From assembly GCA_045599305.1 (NCBI GenBank), contig JAZRVU010000103.1, positions 173 to 64,172 on the forward strand: a stretch of 64,000 nucleotides of DNA. The letters are read 5' to 3'. The first letter of the stretch is position 1. Every line of letters begins with the position of its first letter. The notes under the pieces are model-generated. The model was given only the letters and a program-made list of their open reading frames with translations, ran no database searches and was not told the DNA's origin. Below are positions 9,154 through 18,679 of this stretch, in pieces. The position numbers and the translations under genes are program-made. This DNA is from Acutalibacteraceae bacterium (lineage in GTDB: Bacteria > Bacillota > Clostridia > Oscillospirales > Acutalibacteraceae).

Positions 9154-9795
9154 GTGTTTTTGCGTGACTTGTTTCTCTTCAATGGCCTGACACCGGAGGA
9201 GATCGCCGGCCTTATGGCCGATGCACCGCCGCGTGAATCTTTCGAAAAGGGCGCCGTGATCTACACGACCGACCGCTTTCGCCCCGCCATGGGCATCGTG
9301 CTGAAGGGCAGAGTGGAGGTGGTGCGCGGGCACGCGATCCTAAACCGTCTGGGCCCCGGCGAGGCGTTCGGCGCCGCCGCACTCTATGGCGAGGAGACGG
9401 AATATGTCAGCGAGGTGCGCGCCGCGACCGCGTGTGAGGTGCAGTTCCTGCCACAGGGGCTGCTCGACAGATGGATGCAGGCCGATCGCCGGATCACGGA
9501 AAACTACATCCGCTTTTTGTCGGATCGCATCCGCTTTTTAAACCGGCGCATCACCGCCTTTACCTGCGGCGATGCCGAGCGGCGGCTGCTTTTATGGCTG
9601 CGGCAGCACGCGGATGCAAGCGGTACCCTCGCACCGCCCCGCCGCATGACGGAACTGGCCCGGCAGTTGGATATCGGCCGCTCGAGCCTTTACCGCGCGC
9701 TGGACACGCTGGAACAGTCGGGGTTGATCCGGCGGGAGACAGACACATGGCAATTGACCGAAACGGAAAGGATGGGTAATGATGAAGCATATTAA
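9154..9795 (+). CDS. Crp/Fnr family transcriptional regulator
   Basis: N-terminal cNMP-binding-like beta-roll (LFLFNGLTPEEIAGL...GEAFGAAALY) and C-terminal HTH (MTELARQLDIGRSSLYRALDTLEQSGLI). GTG start preceded by GAGGAGGG. Confidence 0.85.
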   Translation: MFLRDLFLFNGLTPEEIAGLMADAPPRESFEKGAVIYTTDRFRPAMGIVLKGRVEVVRGHAILNRLGPGEAFGAAALYGEETEYVSEVRAATACEVQFLPQGLLDRWMQADRRITENYIRFLSDRIRFLNRRITAFTCGDAERRLLLWLRQHADASGTLAPPRRMTELARQLDIGRSSLYRALDTLEQSGLIRRETDTWQLTETERMGNDEAY

Positions 9796-10774
9796 AAGAA
9801 TAGCCGCTCTGCTTCTGGCGGCGGCGATGGCGTTTGCGGCCGTCGGGTGCGCCGGCAAAAGCGAGCCGCAGCCGGAGAAGCAGAAGACGGCGCTTTCGGT
9901 CGCCGGGATCGCCGGCCCCACCGGCATCGGTCTGGCGGGGCTGATAGCCGGGGACTATCGCTCCGACGATATCGACTACACCTTCACCGTGGCCACCTCA
10001 CCGGACGAGGTGGTGGGCAAATTCACCAGCGGTGAGGTGCAGATCGCCTCTGTCCCCACCAATCTGGCCGCCAAACTGTATAAAAAACTGAACGGCGAGG
10101 TGCAGATGCTGGCGATCAACACCGCGGGCGTGCTGTATATTCTGGAAAACGGCGACACCGTGCATACGATGGCCGACCTGCGCGGGCGCACCATCCTCTC
10201 CACCGGCGAGGGTGCCAATCCCGAATATGTGCTGCGGTATCTGCTGCGGCAGAACGGGCTGGACCCCGACCGGGACGTGACACTGGAATTCGTGGCGGAG
10301 AACAGCGAACTCATCACCAAACTCGCGACCGGCGCGGTCTCGGTCGCCATGGTGCCGGAGCCGGCCGTGACCACCGTGCTGGGCAAAAACGCCGATCTGC
10401 GCGTGGCACTGAGCATGGATGACGAGTGGAACGCCGTCTGTCCCGACAGCGGCATGCTGATGGGCTGTATCATCGCGAAAAAGAGTTTCATCGCCCAAAG
10501 CAAGGCGGCCGTCGACGCATTTTTGAAAGAGTACGCGGTGTCGGTCAAAATGGCCGAAAGTGACCCCGACACCGTGGCCGCGCTCTGCGAGGAACACGGC
10601 ATCACCGCCTCCGCCGCCGTGGCCAGGGCGGCCATTCCCCGCTGCAACCTCGTGTGTATCACGGGCGGCGAAATGAAAGACCGCATCGCGGGATATTATC
10701 ACATTCTGTATGAGGCCGACCCCACCGCCGTGGGCGGTGCCGTGCCGGCCGACGATTTCTACTATGAAGGATGA
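9779..10774 (+). CDS. ABC transporter substrate-binding lipoprotein (NMT1/THI5 - TauA/SsuA-like)
   Basis: Lipobox AAVGC after a signal peptide. Periplasmic-binding-protein type 2 pattern (GPTGIGLAGLI...) and genomic coupling to a NitT/TauT-type permease and ATPase. Confidence 0.8.
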   Translation: MMKHIKRIAALLLAAAMAFAAVGCAGKSEPQPEKQKTALSVAGIAGPTGIGLAGLIAGDYRSDDIDYTFTVATSPDEVVGKFTSGEVQIASVPTNLAAKLYKKLNGEVQMLAINTAGVLYILENGDTVHTMADLRGRTILSTGEGANPEYVLRYLLRQNGLDPDRDVTLEFVAENSELITKLATGAVSVAMVPEPAVTTVLGKNADLRVALSMDDEWNAVCPDSGMLMGCIIAKKSFIAQSKAAVDAFLKEYAVSVKMAESDPDTVAALCEEHGITASAAVARAAIPRCNLVCITGGEMKDRIAGYYHILYEADPTAVGGAVPADDFYYEG

Positions 10775-11546
10775 TCACAACACTTTGAAAAAATGGCTTT
10801 GGGCGGCGGGGGCCGCGCTGTTCTGGCTGGCAGCGTGGACTGCCGCGGCGCTGGCGGCGGGGCAGGAATTGCTGATCCCCACGCCGTGGCTCGTCGCGGC
10901 CACCCTGTGGAAGGACTGCCGCACCGCCGTCTTCTGGCAGGCGGCGGGCGCTTCATTATGCCGCATTCTCGCCGGCTTTGCCGCGGGAACGCTGCTCGGC
11001 AGTCTGCTCGCCATGCTGACGGCACGCTTTTCGGCGGCCGCGCAGTTGAGCCGGCCGATCCTGCACATCATCCGCGCCACGCCGGTGGCCTCCTTCATCA
11101 TTCTGGCGTTCGTGTGGCTGCGCACCGATGTGCTGCCCGCCTTCATCGCCTTTCTGATGGTGCTGCCGGTGGTGTGGGGCAACGTGGACAAGGGCGTGCG
11201 GCAGACCGACCCGCAGCTGATCGAAATGGCACGGGTATTCCGGCTGGGGCGGTGGCACACTTTTTGGCAGATCCGCGTCCCGTCGGTGATGCCCTATTTG
11301 CTCTCAGGGGCGACCACCGCGCTGGGGCTCGCATGGAAAGCGGGCATTGCGGCGGAGGTCATCTGCCGTCCCGCCTATTCCATCGGACGGCTGCTGCAGA
11401 CGGCCAAAAACCATCTGGAGACGGCCGAGGTATTTGCGCTGACGGCGGCAGTGATCCTGTTCAGCATCCTGCTCGAGCGGCTGCTGCTTTGGCTGGCCGG
11501 GCGGCTGCTGCACCGCTATAACGTCGGACAGGAGGTGGCGCCATGA
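10764..11546 (+). CDS. ABC transporter permease (NitT/TauT family)
   Basis: Six hydrophobic segments and an EAA-like loop (LIEMARVFRLGRWHTFWQIRVPSVMPYL). Start moved to ATG 10764, overlapping the SBP stop. Confidence 0.85.
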   Translation: MKDDHNTLKKWLWAAGAALFWLAAWTAAALAAGQELLIPTPWLVAATLWKDCRTAVFWQAAGASLCRILAGFAAGTLLGSLLAMLTARFSAAAQLSRPILHIIRATPVASFIILAFVWLRTDVLPAFIAFLMVLPVVWGNVDKGVRQTDPQLIEMARVFRLGRWHTFWQIRVPSVMPYLLSGATTALGLAWKAGIAAEVICRPAYSIGRLLQTAKNHLETAEVFALTAAVILFSILLERLLLWLAGRLLHRYNVGQEVAP

Positions 11547-12100
11547 TCGGGATGACACACATCGGCTTTTCTTACGGTGACCGGCCGATCCTGACAGATT
11601 TTTCCCTCACGCTGCCTCAAAAGGGCGTTCTCTGCCTCACCGGCTCCTCCGGCTGCGGCAAGACCACCGCGGCGCGGCTGCTGCTGGGACTGGAACGGCC
11701 GCAGAGCGGAACGCTCACCGGTGACCGCTCGGCACCGGCGGCGGTGTTTCAGGAGGATCGGCTGCTGCCGTGGCGCACGGCGCTGGAAAACGTGGCGCTG
11801 GTGTCGCCGAAAAAGGCAGAGGCTCTGCTTTCGGCGGTGGGACTACCGTCCGAAGCGTTTCAAAAACATCCCGCAGAGCTTTCGGGCGGGATGCGGCGGC
11901 GGGTGGCCATTGCCCGGGCACTGGCGGCCGACAGCCGCTTTCTGGTGCTGGACGAGCCCTTCACCGGGCTGGACGGCGACAGTCGTGCGGCCATCGCCGC
12001 GCTGATCAGAGAATACGCCGCCACGCGGCCGGTACTGCTCATCACCCATCAGCCGGAGGAGATCGACCTTCTGGGCGCAGACGTGATCAAAATGGGATAA
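11543..12100 (+). CDS. ABC transporter ATP-binding protein, unusually compact (185 aa)
   Basis: Walker A GSSGCGKTT, Q-loop FQEDRLLPW, signature LSGGMRRRV, Walker B FLVLDEPF, H-loop ITHQ. All motifs are present despite the short length. Confidence 0.85.
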   Translation: MIGMTHIGFSYGDRPILTDFSLTLPQKGVLCLTGSSGCGKTTAARLLLGLERPQSGTLTGDRSAPAAVFQEDRLLPWRTALENVALVSPKKAEALLSAVGLPSEAFQKHPAELSGGMRRRVAIARALAADSRFLVLDEPFTGLDGDSRAAIAALIREYAATRPVLLITHQPEEIDLLGADVIKMG

Positions 12101-12125
12101 GGCGGGGCTTTGCCCCGCCTTTTTC
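12101..12125 (+). terminator. Rho-independent terminator after the ABC operon
   Basis: GGCGGGGC-ttt-GCCCCGCC followed by TTTTTC. Confidence 0.7.
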
Positions 12126-12154
12126 TTGACTTTTTTCGCCGCATTTGACATAAT
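12126..12154 (+). promoter_or_regulatory. Candidate promoter of the GH95 gene
   Basis: TTGACT, 17 nt, CATAAT immediately after the terminator. Confidence 0.45.
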
Positions 12155-12163
12155 GAAAATGAG

Positions 12164-14362
12164 GTGAGCGCGATGACACACATCCTGCATCTGGAAAACC
12201 CCGCCGCCGAATGGGAGAATACCACCCCCGTCGGATGCGGCAATCTGGGTGCCGCGTTATACGGCACCGTGGCGGCCGAACGTATCCAATTGAACGAGGA
12301 ATGGATCTGGGCAGGCGGCCCTCCCTCTGCCTCTTCACCCGAATTGGGACGCAAAATGCGGGTGGCACGGGATATGCTGCTGCGCGGGGAAAACGACCGC
12401 GCCGATGAATGGGTGCAGAAAAATTTCAACGGTCTGTTCGGCGGTGTCGGCTCCTATGAAACGGCGGGCGAGCTGTGCATCGGCGTGCATCCGGACGACG
12501 CCTGCACCGCCTACTCCCGCGATCTGGATCTGCACAGCGGCGTGGCGTGCGTGCGATATCGCCGCGGCGGTGCCGCCTATGAGCGGGAACTGTTCGCCTC
12601 TTATCCCCGAAACGTGATCGTCTGCCGTCTGGCGGCGACAGGCGCCGCATTGGATCTGGATGCCACTTTCACCCGTGAGAGCGGACTGACCGGGCAGGAC
12701 TGGGCAGACGGCCGGCTCACGGTGCACGGGCAGACGACGGACGCCGCCCACCGTTTCACGGTACAGATACAGTTTCGTCCCGAAGGCGGCCATATAGAGT
12801 ATGACGCCGCAGAGGGGCGGGTGGGCATCCGCGGCGCCGCGGCCTGCGTATTCCTCATCGCCATCTGCACCGAGGGCAGTTCCCGCCGTCCCCTCCCGTG
12901 TCTGAACGACCTGCCGGACTATGAAGCCCTGCGGCGGGAGAGCGCGGCCGATGTGGCGGCGCTGATGCAGCGCAGCGCGATCGAACTGGGGGATGATTCC
13001 CGCGACGCCCTGCCGGTGAATGAGCGGTTGGCGGCGGTGAAAGCGGGTGCGTCCGACCCGACGCTCGCCGCACTCTATTTTGAATTCGGCAAGTATCTGC
13101 TGGTCGCCTCCGGCCGGCCGGGCACCCTGCCCGCCAATCTGCAGGGGGTGTGGAATCCCTACCTTCACGCACCGTGGAACAGCGACTACCACACCAACAT
13201 CAACCTGCAGATGAACTACTGGCCGTGCGAGGTGACGGGACTTTCGGAATGTGCCGCCCCGCTGTTCGACTATATGCTGCACACCCTGCTGCCGGTGGGG
13301 AAAGAGGTGGCGGCCGAGGGTTACGGCTGCGGCGGAACGGTACTGCATCATCTGAGCGACCCCTACGGCTTCAGCGCCCCGGCGGACGGCCCGTGGGGGC
13401 TGTGGCCGATGGGCGCGGCATGGCTGTGTTATCATCTGTGGGAGCATTGGCTGTTCGGCGGCGATGAGGACTTTTTGCGAAAGGCCGCCTATCCCTACAT
13501 CGCCGAAACGGTCACCTTCTTCCTCGATTACGTCACCGAAAAGGACGGGCGGCTGGTGTGGGGGCCCTCCGCCTCGCCGGAAAACGCCTATCTGTTCGGC
13601 GGCAGAGCCTGCCAGACCTGCCTGTGTCCCACCATGGACGTGGAACTGCTGGACGGGCTGTTCCGGATGTATATAGAAACGGAAAAGCGGCTCGGCATCG
13701 ACAAGGGCCGACAGGCGCGTGCCGAAGCGGCACTGAAAAAACTGCCGCCGCTCACCGTGGGGCGGTACGGACAGCTTTGCGAATGGGCTGAGGACTACGA
13801 AGAGGCCGAGCCGGGACATCGGCACATCTCCCACGCCTTTGCCCTCTACCCCGGCTTCACCATCACCAAAGAACAGACCCCCGCGCTCTTTGAGGCGGTG
13901 CGGGTCACGGTGGCACGGCGGCTGGCACACGGCGGCGGACACACCGGGTGGTCGGCCGCGTGGCTGGTGGCGCTGCAGGCGCATCTGCTGGACGGCGATG
14001 CCGCCGGCGAGGCACTGCACAAGCTGCTGACACAGTCCACCAAGGACAATCTCTTCGACTCCCACCCGCCCTTTCAGATCGACGGCAATCTCGGCGGCTG
14101 CGCCGCCATCGCGGAGATGCTGCTGCAAAGCCGTGACGGGCTCATCCGTCTGCTGCCCGCCCCGGCACCCGCATGGCAAAACGGCCGGTTTCGCGGCCTG
14201 ATGGCGCGCGGCGGCTTTGAGATCGACGCCGGGTGGGCAGACGGCCGCGTGCGCCGCATCACTGTGAAAGCGCATCGCGGCGGCGAGATCACGCTGCTGG
14301 TCAACGGGCAGAGGGTGCTCCTGACGCTTGCCGCAGGCGAGCGGCGCGAACTGGATTTTTGA
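12164..14362 (+). CDS. Glycoside hydrolase family 95 (alpha-L-fucosidase-type)
   Basis: N-terminal PVGCGNLGAALYGTVAAERIQLNEEWIWAGGP and central NLQGVWN...PWNSDYHTNINLQMNYWP match GH95 hallmark blocks. Confidence 0.85.
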   Translation: MSAMTHILHLENPAAEWENTTPVGCGNLGAALYGTVAAERIQLNEEWIWAGGPPSASSPELGRKMRVARDMLLRGENDRADEWVQKNFNGLFGGVGSYETAGELCIGVHPDDACTAYSRDLDLHSGVACVRYRRGGAAYERELFASYPRNVIVCRLAATGAALDLDATFTRESGLTGQDWADGRLTVHGQTTDAAHRFTVQIQFRPEGGHIEYDAAEGRVGIRGAAACVFLIAICTEGSSRRPLPCLNDLPDYEALRRESAADVAALMQRSAIELGDDSRDALPVNERLAAVKAGASDPTLAALYFEFGKYLLVASGRPGTLPANLQGVWNPYLHAPWNSDYHTNINLQMNYWPCEVTGLSECAAPLFDYMLHTLLPVGKEVAAEGYGCGGTVLHHLSDPYGFSAPADGPWGLWPMGAAWLCYHLWEHWLFGGDEDFLRKAAYPYIAETVTFFLDYVTEKDGRLVWGPSASPENAYLFGGRACQTCLCPTMDVELLDGLFRMYIETEKRLGIDKGRQARAEAALKKLPPLTVGRYGQLCEWAEDYEEAEPGHRHISHAFALYPGFTITKEQTPALFEAVRVTVARRLAHGGGHTGWSAAWLVALQAHLLDGDAAGEALHKLLTQSTKDNLFDSHPPFQIDGNLGGCAAIAEMLLQSRDGLIRLLPAPAPAWQNGRFRGLMARGGFEIDAGWADGRVRRITVKAHRGGEITLLVNGQRVLLTLAAGERRELDF

Positions 14363-14406
14363 AAAAGAAAAAGCCGCTTTCCCGTCAAACGGGAAAGCGG
14401 CTTTTG
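14363..14406. terminator. Bidirectional terminator between GH95 and rpsR
   Basis: AAAAAGCCGCTTTCCCG-tcaaa-CGGGAAAGCGGCTTTT, with A-run and T-run flanks. Confidence 0.75.
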
Positions 14407-14419
14407 ATGTGTTGACCAA

Positions 14420-14677
14420 TCAGTCGGCCACAAAGGGCAGCAGAGCGATCTGACGGGCACGCTTGATAGCGGTGGTCAGATCACGCTGATGACGGGCACA
14501 GGTGCCGGTCACACGGCGGGGCAGGATCTTCGCGCGCTCCGAGAGGAAGCGGCGCAGACGAGCGACATCTTTGTAGTCGATGTACTCGACCTTGTCCACG
14601 CAGAAGCTGCAGACCTTACGGCGACCTTTCCGCACGGGGCGGGCGGAGCGCTCGGCTCCTTCGGTTCTTTCAGCCAT
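14420..14677 (-). CDS. rpsR: 30S ribosomal protein S18
   Basis: [62 protein letters not shown]. Confidence 0.95.
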   Translation of the reverse strand: MAERTEGAERSARPVRKGRRKVCSFCVDKVEYIDYKDVARLRRFLSERAKILPRRVTGTCARHQRDLTTAIKRARQIALLPFVAD

Positions 14678-14713
14678 GACAATTCTCCTTTACAAAATCA
14701 ATGCAGTGCCGTT

Positions 14714-15190
14714 TCAGAACGGCAGGTCCTCGTCGCCCACGATCTCTTCGAAATCACCGGCGTTCGCGGTGGAGAAGGCGGGTTTCGACTCGGTGTAGGC
14801 GGGCTGCTGCGGCACGCCGAAGGCTGGTGCCGCGCCCTGCTGGCCATAATTGCTCTGGCCGCCGGCTGCATTTTTGGATTCACCGAACATCACGTTATCG
14901 GCCTGCACGCTGAAGGAGGTACGCTTGTTACCGTCCTTATCGGTGTAGGACTCGGAGTGGATGGAGCCCTGGATCACGACCATGGAGCCCTTGTGAAAAT
15001 AGCGGCTGACGAAATCGGCACGCTCTCTCCACGCCACGATGTTGATGAAGTCGGTCTGCTTCTCCTGGCCTTTCGGCTGGTAGTTGCGATCGACGGCAAT
15101 GCGGAACGAGCAGACAGAGACCCCGGAAGGCGTGGTGCGCAATTCGGGATCGGCCACCAGGCGGCCCATCAGGCATACGGAATTCAGCAT
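14714..15190 (-). CDS. ssb: Single-stranded DNA-binding protein
   Basis: OB-fold N-terminus MLNSVCLMGRLVADPELRTTPSGVSVCSFRIAV, Gly/Gln-rich tail, acidic C-terminal DEDLPF. Confidence 0.95.
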   Translation of the reverse strand: MLNSVCLMGRLVADPELRTTPSGVSVCSFRIAVDRNYQPKGQEKQTDFINIVAWRERADFVSRYFHKGSMVVIQGSIHSESYTDKDGNKRTSFSVQADNVMFGESKNAAGGQSNYGQQGAAPAFGVPQQPAYTESKPAFSTANAGDFEEIVGDEDLPF

Positions 15191-15205
15191 GATGACTCCT
15201 CCTGT

Positions 15206-15502
15206 TTACTGTTCCTTACGGATGACCATGGAACGCAGCACACCTTCCGTGATGTGACTGACACGCTCCAGCTCCGCGGGGAACTCCGGTGCGCTGACGA
15301 AATTGTAGAGCACATAGTAGCCCTCTTCTTCGTCGTTGATGAGATAGGCCAAGCGGCGCTTGCCCCATTCATCCACATCACCGAGTTCTGCGTTCTGCGC
15401 GATCAGGTTCTGGAATTTCTCCTTGATCGCCGCAATGCCGTCCTCGCCCAAAGTCACGGAAAACACGAGAACAGCCTCGTAGGATGCTTTAACTGTCGGC
15501 AT
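15206..15502 (-). CDS. rpsF: 30S ribosomal protein S6
   Basis: MPTVKASYEAVLVFSV...EWGKRRLAYLI. Start moved to ATG 15502 (GAGGAGG SD); the track ORF extends upstream artificially. Confidence 0.95.
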   Translation of the reverse strand: MPTVKASYEAVLVFSVTLGEDGIAAIKEKFQNLIAQNAELGDVDEWGKRRLAYLINDEEEGYYVLYNFVSAPEFPAELERVSHITEGVLRSMVIRKEQ

Positions 15503-15599
15503 TTTGGTACACCTCCTCACGGTCAAATGGCCCCGCATGAGACGGGGCAAGGAAGCACCCCGTAGGGTACTGTGGCGTGCGGAAAAATTACACGGCCAC
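15503..15599 (-). promoter_or_regulatory. Structured ~97-nt 5' UTR of rpsF; candidate S6:S18-binding rpsF leader
   Basis: GC-rich hairpins (GGGGTGCTTCCTTGCCCC; CCCCGTCTCATGCGGGG) lie between the predicted promoter and the SD. An rpsF leader motif is known in Firmicutes, but I cannot score it by eye. Confidence 0.3.
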
Positions 15600-15605
15600 C
15601 GATAC

Positions 15606-15634
15606 AGTATATCAGCCCTTTTGCGTTTCGTCAA
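15606..15634 (-). promoter_or_regulatory. Promoter of the rpsF-ssb-rpsR operon
   Basis: Reverse strand: TTGACG, 17 nt, TATACT. Confidence 0.55.
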
Positions 15635-15673
15635 GGGCTTTTTTGCAAAAAAACGGAAATTTTCGCCGATATG

Positions 15674-17971
15674 TCAGGCGTTGACCACCGTCACATCCAC
15701 ATTTTCGGGCTGCGGCGCCACCGTGACACGGGCGCTGCCCGACACGGTGACCGTCAGCCGGATGCGCCCGGCCTCACGCGCCCACGCCACCTGTACGCGC
15801 CCGCCGGGCGTGCAGTAGTGCCCTTCGGCGCGGTCGATCGCCGCCAAAAACACCGGTGCCACATCCACCCGCTCGGGATCGTCGTCGTCCGGGTTGGGCC
15901 GCAGGCCCGTCACCGTGCGCAGATACCACGCGGCGAGGTCGGCCAGGAAATGGTGATTATGCGACCCGATGCGCTCGCCCGGTGCCAAAAAGCGCTCCCA
16001 CACGGTAGTCTCCCCCCGCAGGATCATGTTGGCATAGGAGGGGTGCTGCGGCCGGGTGATGAGGCGATAGGCCAATTCCGCCTCGCCGTTTTCGGCCAGC
16101 ACACGGAACAGATACCGCAGGCCGAGGAAGCCGCAGTCGAACGCATCGCCGTTTTCGTGGATGAGTTCCACGAGTTTTTTGAAGGCGGCGGGGCGTTCCT
16201 CTTCGGGGAACAGGCCCAGCGCCAGACCCACCGCCTGCGAGGTCTGGCAGGGACGGTAGGTGGCCCGGTGATACCTTTCCGTGCGGCCGGCGGTGATGAC
16301 GCCGCCCTCGTCATATTCGGCGAGCAGCGCCTCACGGAATTCCGTGCGCCACACCTCGAATTCCTCCGCCGCGGCGGTATCCCCCACCGCGCGGGCCATC
16401 ACGGCGGCCATGCGGCACTCCTCCGAGAGGATGGCGGTGCAGCAGAAGCCCAGCGGCGAGGCATAGGCGTCGATCGGCGAATCCACGGGGATCCAGTCGC
16501 CGTAACCACACTCCACCACGCCGCGCTCGTCCCGCACCGAGCGGTAATAGGCGATATTGCGGCGGATGGCGGGCAGGTTATCGGTGATGACGGCAAGATC
16601 GCCGGTGTGGCGATAGACCTCATAGGGGAAGAAGGTGATGATGCTGTCCCAGATGGGCGTATTCGTCGGGATATTGGCCGAGGGCACCATTTCGGGAATG
16701 ATGCCGTTTTCACGCTGTGCCCGGCGCAGGCAGGCAAGCCAGTCCGCGAAGCAGCGCTCCGTCCCCCAGTTCATCAGATAATGCTCCGCCGAGATGGCGG
16801 CGTCGCCTGTCCAGCCGTTTTTCTCACGGGCGGGACAGTCGGTGAGCACATAAAACAGGTTGGACTCCTCACTGCGGATGCAGGCATCGTAGATCTGCTG
16901 CGTGAGAGGATCCGAGCAGGAGAAGCCGGCACGGCGGGGCACATCGTTGTGCAGCACCGCAAACTCCAGCAGATCGGGCGTGGCCTGTTCGGGCGTGATG
17001 CCGTAGACATAGCAGTAGCGGGCGCCGTGATAGGTGAAGGGCGGCCGCCAGGTCTCCTCCCCCTCCCCGCGGCAGATGTAGACGTCCCGCTGGCAGCAGC
17101 CGTCGGGATAGATGTCCACATTGGTATAATCCACGAAGCCTTCAAACAGCAGTTCGGAAAACTGCATCTCGATCTTCTGTCCGGGCGTGCCCTTGATGTG
17201 CAGCACCGGCACACCGGCAATATTCTCGCCGAAATCGTAGATATATCCGCCGGCAAGCGGTGTGCGGCCCATCACGGTGTCGCCGCCGTAGAGCAGGTGC
17301 GCCAGCGAATCGCGGATGCGGTACTCCCGCAGTCCGCCGGGCTCGACCCGCCTGGCACGCAGGCGGCGGATCTCCCGCACCGGCTCACAGGTGACGAAGC
17401 GCGGCTCACCGGCAGGGACGTCCGCCGTCAGCGGCGCGTGCCAGCCGTCGGCCGACGCTTCGGGGGTGCACCACGCCGGATCGACCAGCCGGGCATCGAA
17501 CAGGGTGCCGCAGCGGTAGTCGTTAAAGAGCAATGCCGAGGGGCGGCAGAGCATATCCGGTGCCGTGAAAGTGACACTGCCGCAGGTGACCTGCAGTGCC
17601 AGTGCGGGCGGGGCACAGCGGCGATCCTTATGATGCCAGATATCCCCGCCGATGGCATTCTGGAATCCGCTGCCCAGCAGCACGCCCAGCACGTTTTCCC
17701 CCTCTTTCAGGAAAGGCGAGAGGTCGTAGCGGTCATAGAACAGCACATCGTCGGGATTGTAGATGGACGGCACCAGTTCGCCGCGGGTGATGCGCTGCCC
17801 GTTCAAAAACAGCTCATAAAAGCCGGTGGAACAGAGCACGCATTCAGGAGCCTGCAGATCCTCGGCCGAAAGGGTAAAGGATTTCCGGAACACCGGCGCG
17901 GGGATCCCGTTGAGGAAATCGGGAAGCATGGGATTTTCCCACACAAAATCAGACGGAAACACGACGATCAC
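15674..17971 (-). CDS. Glycoside hydrolase family 78 (alpha-L-rhamnosidase)
   Basis: PVFRKSFTL near the N-terminus, FYELFLNGQRI, and catalytic-domain block DCPAREKNGWTGDA typical of GH78. The GTG start at 17971 is uncertain; ATG 17929 is an alternative. Confidence 0.85.
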   Translation of the reverse strand: MIVVFPSDFVWENPMLPDFLNGIPAPVFRKSFTLSAEDLQAPECVLCSTGFYELFLNGQRITRGELVPSIYNPDDVLFYDRYDLSPFLKEGENVLGVLLGSGFQNAIGGDIWHHKDRRCAPPALALQVTCGSVTFTAPDMLCRPSALLFNDYRCGTLFDARLVDPAWCTPEASADGWHAPLTADVPAGEPRFVTCEPVREIRRLRARRVEPGGLREYRIRDSLAHLLYGGDTVMGRTPLAGGYIYDFGENIAGVPVLHIKGTPGQKIEMQFSELLFEGFVDYTNVDIYPDGCCQRDVYICRGEGEETWRPPFTYHGARYCYVYGITPEQATPDLLEFAVLHNDVPRRAGFSCSDPLTQQIYDACIRSEESNLFYVLTDCPAREKNGWTGDAAISAEHYLMNWGTERCFADWLACLRRAQRENGIIPEMVPSANIPTNTPIWDSIITFFPYEVYRHTGDLAVITDNLPAIRRNIAYYRSVRDERGVVECGYGDWIPVDSPIDAYASPLGFCCTAILSEECRMAAVMARAVGDTAAAEEFEVWRTEFREALLAEYDEGGVITAGRTERYHRATYRPCQTSQAVGLALGLFPEEERPAAFKKLVELIHENGDAFDCGFLGLRYLFRVLAENGEAELAYRLITRPQHPSYANMILRGETTVWERFLAPGERIGSHNHHFLADLAAWYLRTVTGLRPNPDDDDPERVDVAPVFLAAIDRAEGHYCTPGGRVQVAWAREAGRIRLTVTVSGSARVTVAPQPENVDVTVVNA

Positions 17972-18040
17972 TTCCTGTATGTATCATTTGTACTCACTAT
18001 AGCATACTATGAGGAAAAGTCAATTCTTTTTTGCCCGCTC

Positions 18041-18069
18041 TTGACAATCCCGCGGCAAAAGTGTAGAAT
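18041..18069 (+). promoter_or_regulatory. Promoter of glpP (extended -10)
   Basis: TTGACA, 17 nt ending in TG, TAGAAT. Confidence 0.6.
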
Positions 18070-18092
18070 GGATACCTCAAGGAGGTGACGCC

Positions 18093-18653
18093 GTGACACG
18101 CTCGCAGTTGTGCGACCGTCTGGATCGCAGTCCCGTCATCGCGGCGGTACGCGCCGACCGGTTCCAAGAAGCGCTCGCCTCCCCCGCCGAGGTCATCTTC
18201 CGGCTGGATGCCAGCCTGCTCACCGTGCAGGAGGAGATCACGGCGGCTCATGCGGCCGGCAAAGCCATTCTGGTACACATGGATCTGGCCGAGGGCGTGG
18301 GGAAAGACCGTGCCGGCACGTCCTTTCTGGCCGCTGCCGGGGTGGACGGCATCATCAGCACCCGCGGCCAGCTCATCCGCTGTGCCAAAGAGTGCGGGCT
18401 GCTCACGGTACAGCGCTTTTTCGCGCTGGATTCGCAGGGGGTGGACACCATCCCGGAACTGATGCATTCCTCGCAGCCCGACCTGATCGAGATCATGCCC
18501 GGTGTGGTGGGCAAGGTCATCCGCCGGTTTGCCGCCGGTGCCGCACCGGTGATCGCCGGCGGCCTTGTGGAGACCAAAGAAGACGTCACCACCGCGCTGA
18601 GCTGCGGGGCGGCGGCGGTATCCACCGGCACGCCCGCACTGTGGTTTGTGTAA
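18093..18653 (+). CDS. glpP: Glycerol-3-phosphate responsive antiterminator GlpP
   Basis: 186 aa; PVIAAVR...VIFRL...ILVHMDL.EG..KD..G..FL....VDGIISTR...I..AK..GLL.VQRFF.LDS matches the GlpP family pattern. Confidence 0.85.
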   Translation: MTRSQLCDRLDRSPVIAAVRADRFQEALASPAEVIFRLDASLLTVQEEITAAHAAGKAILVHMDLAEGVGKDRAGTSFLAAAGVDGIISTRGQLIRCAKECGLLTVQRFFALDSQGVDTIPELMHSSQPDLIEIMPGVVGKVIRRFAAGAAPVIAGGLVETKEDVTTALSCGAAAVSTGTPALWFV

Positions 18654-18679
18654 TTTAGGGAGAAAAGGAGCAGACGCCC

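Noticed and set aside
12335-14419. 694-aa minus-strand ORF
   Set aside because: It lies antisense to the GH95 gene, whose product carries clear family motifs. No SD is present and the sequence is Arg/Gly/Ala/Pro-rich.
15572-18088. 838-aa plus-strand ORF
   Set aside because: It lies antisense to the GH78 rhamnosidase. It also runs across the rpsF promoter region and into the glpP promoter, which is not plausible for a gene.
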